This document shows, piece after piece, positions 1 to 6,444 of a DNA stretch of 6,464 nucleotides. Source of the DNA: Histomonas meleagridis 2922-C6/04-290x (taxonomy: Eukaryota > Protista > Parabasalia); NCBI GenBank assembly GCA_020184695.1, contig JAANOX010000020.1, forward strand, positions 1 to 6,464, in the 5' to 3' direction. How positions within the stretch are numbered: the first letter of the stretch is position 1; the number at the start of each line of letters is the position of its first letter. The position numbers were made by a program, and so were the translations under genes. The notes under the pieces were generated by a model that saw only the letters and a list, made by a program, of their open reading frames with translations, did not search any database and was not told the DNA's origin.

Positions 1-64
1 CTCCCGTGTGGTTTATTCATTTATAATTATCTTTAAAAGAAATTAAGATTAAGTTCAAATTAAG
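1..64 (-). other. Short 3' UTR / 3' terminus with AATAAA (12-17) and no visible poly(A) tail
   Basis: After the TAA stop at 65-67 the minus strand reads CTTAATTTGAACTTAATCTTAATTTCTTTTAAAGATAATTATAAATGAATAAACCACACGGGAG. Confidence 0.55.
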
Positions 65-3000
65 TTATTCATCATCTGGTGATGACGTATGCTCTGAGTT
101 GCCATTCTCTAAGTGAGAACCATCCGAAGTAGAATGATCTCTTGAGTTTAGAATCACCAAATTTGCATAAAGCTCATTTAGTTCATCTGTTTGAACTTCA
201 TCACCTGAACCTTCGGATGTAAGAGACTGGTCCGTGTTCGCTATGCTCTCGGATTCGGATTCTTCTTCTTCTGATTGTGATTCAATAATTCCATTATTAT
301 TATCCAAATTATTATAAATTAGTCGTTGTGATTCCCTTAAAGTTGCTACAGTTATTCTCTTCGCAAATCTCTTAAACAAATCTTTAGAACCTGCAAGAGT
401 TCTCAATTCATTTAATGATTTGTTTAACCAAGCGCCTAATGATGAAATGACTATAACATAATAGTTGACTTCTAGACCGGATTGTTCTTTAATATCCTTA
501 CATAAACTTGTATATTTATCTTTCTTCTGATCGTATCTTTCATTTAAAGAATTAATGTCATTCTCATCAACATCTCCATAAGGAATTGTTACCTCGATTA
601 AAGTGTAACCCTGATTATTACAGTACCAGATATCAGGTTTACATCTTCTGTTCTCACCTTCAAATGAATTATTATTATTTTGAACATTTTTAATAGTTGA
701 GTCAAGGTGAATAATTGGTTTGTTACCAGGTTTTGCTTTTAACATTTCACATAATTCTTTAATAACTGCATCATGTCTTTTCTTATATGTATTAATAACT
801 GTTTTACAATCATTTAATCTATGTCTTAAGGAATTTATTTGACCACAATAAGGACATAAACCTATGTTCTCATCATGGTTAGCAAGTCTTTGATGTTGCC
901 CAGTATAGAAGCTATTAGTTCTAGCTTGTATACTAAATTTAATTATATTATCTTTAATTTTACATTTATAGTCATTCATGAAATAATTAGATAATTTAGA
1001 TTTATAAAGGGTTTTAAAGGTATGACCTCTAAGAGGTAATTTAATCAAATTTGCATAATGGAAGTTTTTGTGATAATTGTTCATAATGTTTAGGAATTCA
1101 TTTTGATCGAATGAATACACTTCATTCACATCTAGAAATTTTAATGTAATATATTCTTCAGGATTGTCTGGTTCAATTTCATTTCCATTGAATTCGAAAG
1201 GATCTATATCTGAGTCATCTGGGTTTAATAAATTATCTGTGGGTAGATAGTTCAAGTTTAAGATTAAATTGTTATCTTCAAGTGCATGAATTACCCGGCT
1301 AAAAAAATTTGAAGTTCCAGGTGTATTTTTTCTCATGTCCTTGTTGAAAACATTAAAAAAAATATCGTTATCATTTGTGTTTTCTTCGACATTATTATAT
1401 CTAAACGATTTTTCTTCCCAACATAAAGTTCGAAATAAATCTCTTAGAAACATATCTTTCGAAAACCATAACTTTAGAAAACTTGAAATAATCAAATCAT
1501 TATTCCTTTCATTTAAATCTTTCAGTCCTGCTCCACCATCTTCCCATGAAGTATAATAAAATTCCTTAGGTAAAGCGGAAGTTTTTAAATTAGCATTTAA
1601 TAACGCTCTTATCCTTTTATTTAAAAAATTCCTCTCCGTTTTGTTGGTGGTACCATTAGAGAATACATAATCCAATGAAGGAATTATGAATCTTTTAATG
1701 GCATCCAACATTTGGTTCCATTTCAAGGGTGAGGAGCAAATATTACCTATGTCTTCTAATGCTTTAGATATCTTGTAATTTGCTGATTTCATTCTCGTTG
1801 TCTTCATTAATGCAGTCATTATTCCTAAATAATTAATACCTCCATTAAGATTAGTAATTGGGATATTTTCATTATTAATTTGAAATTTAGTAATTGCTGA
1901 AAATCTTCTATCATTATGATTAATATAATTAAATGTTTGACATTTATTAGGTTGAATTTTCATGTTAGCATAAATACAGAAGTCTTCAACTACTTTAATT
2001 AAATTATTCATACCTTTCTCAGTATCTGAAATAAGTACCAAGTCATCTGCATATGCTTGTGCACAAATGATTTTATCATTTAAGTGAAATCCATCGATTT
2101 TACAATCTTCTAATTTATGTAATAAGGTATTGATGCAAATATTAAAGGCAATAGGAGAGAATGGACAACCTTGTTTAACACCACAATTAATATTTATAAT
2201 GTTTGAAATTCCTTTAGTTGGAACCTGAATTCTTGTGTTTGAATTTTGATAAGTTGCTTTAATTAAATCAATTATTTTATCATCAAAACCTTGATTTTTT
2301 AAATTCTCAAAGATCAAAGGGTGAGGGACTGACCCAAATGCATCTGAAAAATCAATAGTAGTAATGTAAATAGAACCTTCTCTTCTATTTACATGTTGAA
2401 TTAATTCGTTAATAATCAAAGAATGTTCTGAAGTACCATTAGAACATTGCATAAAACCTTTTTGACATCTTTCTATAAAACTATGTCTGTTATTTAAATT
2501 CTGAAAGGCTCTAGCTAACACAACCATCCAAATCCTATAAAATGTTGGGGTTATTGTAATAGGACGCCAAGAATGAGGGTCTTCTTTATTACCTTTCTTA
2601 AATAACATTATAGTTTTTCCTCTTTTAAGTAATTCAGGACATTTTTTAGATTCCATAACTATTTTAGTAGTATATTTAATCATTTTAACTGTACTTTCAT
2701 TACCAATTTTCCAAATAACATTTGAAATCCCATCTGGACCATAAGCAGAAATATTTGATCTTGAATAAATTGCTCGTTTAATTAAATCACTATCAAATAA
2801 ATCATTAATTAAATTAATATTATCTTCTTCATTAAGTATTTTCTTAGCTAAGAATTCATTAGAATTTTCCGAATTATTTAATGTTTTATAGGTTTCCCAA
2901 TTCTTCCCATATTCTTCCATAAATTCTTCCGGATTTATTTCACACTCTGGTGTAGTATTATTAGAGATATACCATTTGTAACATCTTCGCGGATCTTCCA

Positions 3001-4450
3001 TATATAACCCTTGTATTAAATCTCTATATTTAATGTTTTTATTATTTCCAATTATTCTTTGATTTTCATTTATTTTGGTATTAATAAAATCTAATTTGTC
3101 ACTTAAATTATCAATTGTATTATTTAATAAATTGATTATATCTTCTTGATTATAAATACTTAATAAGTTATTAATTTCGTCCGGGAGGATATTGACTATA
3201 TTAATAACTTTCTCCAAATGTTTATTAAATAAATTTTGTATTGCCTGAGTTGGGGGTTTATGTTTGAGATCATAAAGTTTCCAAATATGTGTAACTAGTT
3301 TGCATAAATTGTGTGTTTCGATCTCTCGTTCATGAGCTCTTTCTCTTTCTTCATTACTTCTAACAATAGTATTAGATCTATGTAACATTTTATTAATTGT
3401 TATTTTAAAGACATCTCTTAATTCTTCTCTAATTAGTAAATTAATTTTAGATAAACAACCTTCCCAAATATAATAATTTTCGTCTTTCGGTCTATTATCT
3501 AAAGGTTTACAAATATTAATTAGAGGTTCAATTTTGTCTTTAAATAAATTGTTAATCCTAGATCTAATCTTTCTACGATTTTTACCCCAAATCTTTGGTA
3601 AAGAGACAAATTGAGATTCAAATTCATTATTTAAATCTGTCCAAATTTTAGTAACCTCAAGTAAATTATCTCTGTTTAAATCTTTTAATTTATTAAGATC
3701 AAAATCATTAGCCAATGATTTTGCATCAAAATTACGAATAATTGGATTAATAAAATTATTGTCATCATTTATAATTATTGAATCTGGATTGATAATTGTA
3801 TTATGATGTGTATTATTATTTTTTCTTTGTAATTCTCTTTGAATAATATTTCTCCTATTATCTTCTCTTAAATGTCTTTTTCTGATATTAATGATTTGTT
3901 CTTGATCTAAATCAATAGGATTTATTACATTAAGTCTATTTCTATCAGTTAAATTTCTTTGAGTGAAAACTAAATCTTCATAATCATTTAAATCCCTATT
4001 GATTTCTTCATCTTTATCCTGCAAGTCCATATACATTGTAGGTAAACATTTAATTCTATCATAAACTGTATGAATACCTTCAATATTAATTAATTCATGT
4101 TGTTTTTTCGCATGATTTAAAATTCCTTTTGCATCTGAACTCCAACAGACTTTACAATGATTACACATATAACCTTCTCTAGGTGATAATATATCTAAGC
4201 AACTAGGAATTTTATTATTAAGCTTAGTATAAGCTATAATAGTAGACCAAAACCAACCTATAATATTTATATTTTCATCAAATTCTTGATGTTTATGTGA
4301 TATATGAGAAATTAACGATTTATGTGCATTAGTGAAATAATCACAATTAGGGAAAGGACAAACTATAACATTGTTCCTATAAATGTCTTTCTCTAAATTA
4401 TTCGAATTATTTAATATTAACCAAATTAAGTCTTTCTCTATTAAGTTTTT
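65..4450 (-). CDS. Retrotransposon polyprotein, RT + CCHC + restriction-like endonuclease. The track ORF is 65..4168 (1367 aa), but the frame is open without a stop up to 4450
   Basis: Manual translation of 4450..4169 gives KNLIEKDLIWLILNNSNNLEKDIYRNNVIVCPFPNCDYFTNAHKSLISHISHKHQEFDENINIIGWFWSTIIAYTKLNNKIPSCLDILSPREGY, then MCNHC. The upstream in-frame stop is at 4451-4453. All RT and RLE motifs lie downstream in the same frame. Confidence 0.95.
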   Translation of the reverse strand, partial: KNLIEKDLIWLILNNSNNLEKDIYRNNVIVCPFPNCDYFTNAHKSLISHISHKHQEFDENINIIGWFWSTIIAYTKLNNKIPSCLDILSPREGYMCNHCKVCWSSDAKGILNHAKKQHELINIEGIHTVYDRIKCLPTMYMDLQDKDEEINRDLNDYEDLVFTQRNLTDRNRLNVINPIDLDQEQIINIRKRHLREDNRRNIIQRELQRKNNNTHHNTIINPDSIIINDDNNFINPIIRNFDAKSLANDFDLNKLKDLNRDNLLEVTKIWTDLNNEFESQFVSLPKIWGKNRRKIRSRINNLFKDKIEPLINICKPLDNRPKDENYYIWEGCLSKINLLIREELRDVFKITINKMLHRSNTIVRSNEERERAHEREIETHNLCKLVTHIWKLYDLKHKPPTQAIQNLFNKHLEKVINIVNILPDEINNLLSIYNQEDIINLLNNTIDNLSDKLDFINTKINENQRIIGNNKNIKYRDLIQGLYMEDPRRCYKWYISNNTTPECEINPEEFMEEYGKNWETYKTLNNSENSNEFLAKKILNEEDNINLINDLFDSDLIKRAIYSRSNISAYGPDGISNVIWKIGNESTVKMIKYTTKIVMESKKCPELLKRGKTIMLFKKGNKEDPHSWRPITITPTFYRIWMVVLARAFQNLNNRHSFIERCQKGFMQCSNGTSEHSLIINELIQHVNRREGSIYITTIDFSDAFGSVPHPLIFENLKNQGFDDKIIDLIKATYQNSNTRIQVPTKGISNIININCGVKQGCPFSPIAFNICINTLLHKLEDCKIDGFHLNDKIICAQAYADDLVLISDTEKGMNNLIKVVEDFCIYANMKIQPNKCQTFNYINHNDRRFSAITKFQINNENIPITNLNGGINYLGIMTALMKTTRMKSANYKISKALEDIGNICSSPLKWNQMLDAIKRFIIPSLDYVFSNGTTNKTERNFLNKRIRALLNANLKTSALPKEFYYTSWEDGGAGLKDLNERNNDLIISSFLKLWFSKDMFLRDLFRTLCWEEKSFRYNNVEENTNDNDIFFNVFNKDMRKNTPGTSNFFSRVIHALEDNNLILNLNYLPTDNLLNPDDSDIDPFEFNGNEIEPDNPEEYITLKFLDVNEVYSFDQNEFLNIMNNYHKNFHYANLIKLPLRGHTFKTLYKSKLSNYFMNDYKCKIKDNIIKFSIQARTNSFYTGQHQRLANHDENIGLCPYCGQINSLRHRLNDCKTVINTYKKRHDAVIKELCEMLKAKPGNKPIIHLDSTIKNVQNNNNSFEGENRRCKPDIWYCNNQGYTLIEVTIPYGDVDENDINSLNERYDQKKDKYTSLCKDIKEQSGLEVNYYVIVISSLGAWLNKSLNELRTLAGSKDLFKRFAKRITVATLRESQRLIYNNLDNNNGIIESQSEEEESESESIANTDQSLTSEGSGDEVQTDELNELYANLVILNSRDHSTSDGSHLENGNSEHTSSPDDE
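400..778 (-). other. Restriction-like endonuclease (PD-(D/E)xK family) domain
   Basis: RHDAV (RHD 770-778), KPDIW 626-640, IEVTIPY 578-598, KKDKY 512-526, then VIVISSLGAW. The catalytic motifs appear intact. Confidence 0.93.
806..856 (-). other. CCHC zinc knuckle preceding the RLE
   Basis: CPYCGQINSLRHRLNDC matches C-x2-C-x7-H-x4-C, followed by the conserved RHD motif at 770-778. Confidence 0.92.
1823..2740 (-). other. Non-LTR reverse transcriptase core domain
   Basis: GPDG 2729-2740, WRPITI (W at 2567-2569), QKGF 2453-2464, DFSDAFGSVPH 2321-2353, GVKQGCPFSP 2153-2182, YADD 2042-2053, YLG 1823-1831. Upstream, QGLYMEDPRRCYKWYISNNTTPECEI resembles the pre-RT block of NeSL/Utopia-like proteins (recalled resemblance, not searched). 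Confidence 0.97.
4097..4165 (-). other. C2H2 zinc finger 3 (slightly atypical spacing)
   Basis: CNHCKVCWSSDAKGILNHAKKQH matches C-x2-C-x13-H-x4-H. Confidence 0.72.
4289..4360 (-). other. C2H2 zinc finger 2 (missed by the ORF track; upstream of the first Met of the long ORF)
   Basis: CPFPNCDYFTNAHKSLISHISHKH matches C-x4-C-x12-H-x4-H. Confidence 0.88.
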
Positions 4451-5202
4451 TTAATACAACCATATAAATGATTTTTATCAGGTTTTAAACCATGTATTTT
4501 GTTCATATGATTATTTAAAGCATTTCCTGTTTTAAATTCATTCTCACATTGACATTGACATGGGAATTGGCCTGGTACACACCATTTCCCTTCTCTAATC
4601 ATTATATGGATTAATGGTTGTTTAGCTAATGGTAAGTTATCATATTTCCAATTATTAAGTTCTTTTGTTGGTCTCCATTTATTAATTAAATTATAAATAT
4701 CTTCTTTACTGACACATTTCTTAATATCTTCAATTAATTCATCATTCATGTCTACAGTTTCTTGAACTAATTCATGTTCATCTTCTTCTTCATCATTATT
4801 AGTTAAAGTATTAATATTTCTATGAAGTGGAATATTAGTGTCTGAACTTGATTCTTCTTCACTAAGATTATCTTCCATATCTGATTTATCTGAAGTAGAA
4901 ATTGTGAAATAGTTACTTAAGTTTAAGACTTTAGGAGTATGTTTATACATAATTTCAAATTCAGGAATATCAATATTTATCGTTCTTTTAATTGGGTTAA
5001 AACAAATCTCATTTTCTTCAATATTAACAATTTGAGTCTTCAACGTTTTGTTTACATCTATTTTAAGTTGTTCAATTAACGCTGTTTCTGTTTTATTCCT
5101 AAATAAACTTTCTACAAAAAGAGATTCAACAATAGGTTTTGTGGTTTTCTTAATAGCTTCTGGTATAATATGTAAAGATTCTACATCTGGGTTAATAGTT
5201 TT
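4441..5202 (-). pseudogene. Frameshifted upstream segment of the element polyprotein (repeat end, acidic linker, ZF1)
   Basis: The track ORF 4441..5043 begins at a TTG, but the frame is open to 5202 (KTINPDVESLHIIPEAIKKTTKPIVESLFVESLF...). It joins the RT frame by a -1 shift at the A7 run (plus-strand T7, 4446-4452). Confidence 0.8.
4492..4560 (-). other. C2H2 zinc finger 1 (in the frameshifted upstream fragment)
   Basis: CQCQCENEFKTGNALNNHMNKIH matches C-x3-C-x12-H-x4-H, with F and L at the canonical positions. Confidence 0.8.
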
Positions 5203-5608
5203 TTATTATTTAAATTCGGAATAATTTGTAATGAATCAACATTCGAATTAATAATTTTATTGTTCATAACAGGTTTAACATTTAAAGAATCAATATTAGG
5301 ATTAACTTCAACATTATTATACACAGGGTTTGCTTTTACTGAATCTATTCCTGTATTTACTTGTATGTCATTAAATTTGGGAATTGCATGTACAGAATCA
5401 ATGTTAGTTGTAATTATTTTCTAAATTTTGGTTCTGCTGTTAAAGAATCAATATTAGTTGAGATTGTTCTTTCATTAATTATCGGATTAACTTCTAAAGA
5501 ATCAACCTGAGTATCTACTGTTTTTTCATTTTGTATTTGATTCACATATAACGATTCAATAATTGGATTTGTAGTAATTGATTTCTCGATTGGTTTAACT
5601 GAATTGAT
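5108..5608 (-). repeat. Degenerate coding tandem repeat, 54-nt / 18-aa period, about 10 units, consensus [IV][DE]S[LV]xxxP
   Basis: A plus-strand GAATCAAY-like core starts at 5123, 5177, 5233, 5287, 5341, 5395, 5445, 5499, 5553 and 5601 (spacings 54,56,54,54,54,50,54,54,48). There is also a VESLF-VESLF duplication near 5108-5130. Confidence 0.85.
5181..5420 (-). pseudogene. Frameshifted polyprotein segment absent from the ORF track (79 codons, repeat units)
   Basis: Manual translation: KIITTNIDSVHAIPKFNDIQVNTGIDSVKANPVYNNVEVNPNIDSLNVKPVMNNKIINSNVDSLQIIPNLNNKKLLTQM*. It continues the IDS/VDS repeat seen in both neighbouring frames. Confidence 0.8.
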
Positions 5609-5869
5609 TGAAGATTCACTATAATTAATTTGATTAAGTTGATTAAATTGATTCCTCGTCATATCTGTGAATTGTAACTCATTATGTATCATGTTGTGGT
5701 TAATTTGATTAATTGATCTTAAATCGATCTGACCAATGTTATAGAAATGACATGTCGCCCATATATTTTGTGTGTTGTTATTAACTATTTCAACATTTAA
5801 ATTAATAGCTTTCTGGATAAGATACTTATTTGCAACATTAAATATATTTTTGAACTTTTGGATTATCAC
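5414..5869 (-). pseudogene. Frameshifted polyprotein segment (Asn/Gln/Ile-rich region plus first repeat units)
   Basis: The track ORF starts at GTG. It ends in repeat units (VDSLEVNP, IDSLTAEP) that continue in the -1 frame after the A4 run at 5417-5420. Confidence 0.72.
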
Positions 5870-6308
5870 TATTTAACCGAAATGGTAATTCTCTAGGTCT
5901 GGTTGGTCCTACGAAAGTTCTTAAATCAAACACACCTCTCTCAATTTCGTCGGACGATGTGAGTCTTGGTGGAAAATTAAGGTTGATTAGCAGGTTTCCT
6001 TCTTGAATAATGCATTGATTTCGGCATAAAACTAACCCTCTTTCTTCGTTGATAAATATTGGTAGTAAAAACGAAATATGTGGATCTGATGAAATAATTA
6101 CCCATTGAGGTGGGACTCCTTCTTCTCCATATAAATCGGGGTTTGGGTTTGGATTATAATGAATACCACTAACAAGAAGGAATTCTTGTTGAACTGGTTC
6201 ACTAAAAATTAAAATCAATTTCGTTATCTTTTTTCTCGCAAATCTGAGGGGTTTCAGCAGGTGAAGGACATCGTCGTAGGTGCTTCTGTATAATAGGAGA
6301 TCGTTCAA
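5838..6308 (-). CDS. Hypothetical protein segment of unknown fold, possibly the N-terminal domain or a separate ORF1 of the element
   Basis: 156-codon ORF starting at TTG in a GC-richer segment. It overlaps the next fragment (5838-5872) in the +1 frame. No motif recognised. Confidence 0.45.
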   Translation of the reverse strand: MNDLLLYRSTYDDVLHLLKPLRFARKKITKLILIFSEPVQQEFLLVSGIHYNPNPNPDLYGEEGVPPQWVIISSDPHISFLLPIFINEERGLVLCRNQCIIQEGNLLINLNFPPRLTSSDEIERGVFDLRTFVGPTRPRELPFRLNSDNPKVQKYI

Positions 6309-6444
6309 GTCGTTTACGCATTTCCGAATCGTCGATATAATTTATTGATCGAAATTTCGATTCGCCAAAAAGGGTATCATTAGAGTGCCCTGGGGGAGTT
6401 ATTTCCGAAAATCGAGTTCTCGGACGCAAAAAATCAATATTCAT
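6202..6444 (-). CDS. Short 5' ORF (80 aa) with the first ATG of the element; either the true N-terminus or a uORF in the 5' leader
   Basis: ATG lies 20 nt from the window edge. Most Arg codons are CGN, unlike the mostly AGA/AGG codons I read in the RT ORF, so coding status is doubtful. Confidence 0.3.
   Translation of the reverse strand: MNIDFLRPRTRFSEITPPGHSNDTLFGESKFRSINYIDDSEMRKRLERSPIIQKHLRRCPSPAETPQICEKKDNEIDFNF
6348..6361. repeat. Perfect 14-bp palindrome ATCGAAATTTCGAT in the 5' leader
   Basis: Read directly from the sequence and self reverse-complementary. Function unknown. Confidence 0.9.

Noticed and set aside
1-64. Resemblance of CTTAATTTGA and ACACGGG to the 18S rRNA segment GGCTTAATTTGACTCAACACGGG
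   Set aside because: The two short matches are separated by about 45 nt of unrelated AT-rich sequence. This is compatible with chance, and no contiguous rRNA is present.
180-197. Small hairpin AGTTCA-N6-TGAACT
   Set aside because: A 6-bp AT-rich stem is expected by chance in this composition.
1335-1556. 73-aa plus-strand ORF
   Set aside because: It is an antisense shadow of the RT ORF, with low-complexity Leu/Ser/Phe/Lys composition and no motif.
1823-2740. Prokaryotic RT system (group II intron, retron, DGR, CRISPR-RT) or Penelope/telomerase RT
   Set aside because: The C2H2 fingers, the CCHC plus RLE C-terminus and the non-LTR RT motifs identify an RLE retrotransposon. There is no maturase/HNH domain, GIY-YIG domain, CRISPR array or msr/msd.
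3720-3860. Asn/Ile-rich low-complexity stretch (NNNTHHNTIINPDSIIINDDNNFINPII)
   Set aside because: It reflects AT-driven codon bias with no clear periodicity, and is ordinary for such genomes.
4441-5420. Alternative genetic code (TAA/TAG = Gln) as the explanation for the broken ORFs
   Set aside because: The 1367-aa ORF has no in-frame TAA/TAG, and the repeat and zinc-finger motifs continue in shifted frames rather than through the stops.
6202-6330. Spliceosomal intron ending at ...TTTTAATTTTTAG that would join the 80-aa and 156-aa ORFs
   Set aside because: The GT donors I checked (in CGT AAA and TGT CCT) are in the wrong phase to restore the frame. No branch-point motif was seen, and introns are unexpected in a retrotransposon.
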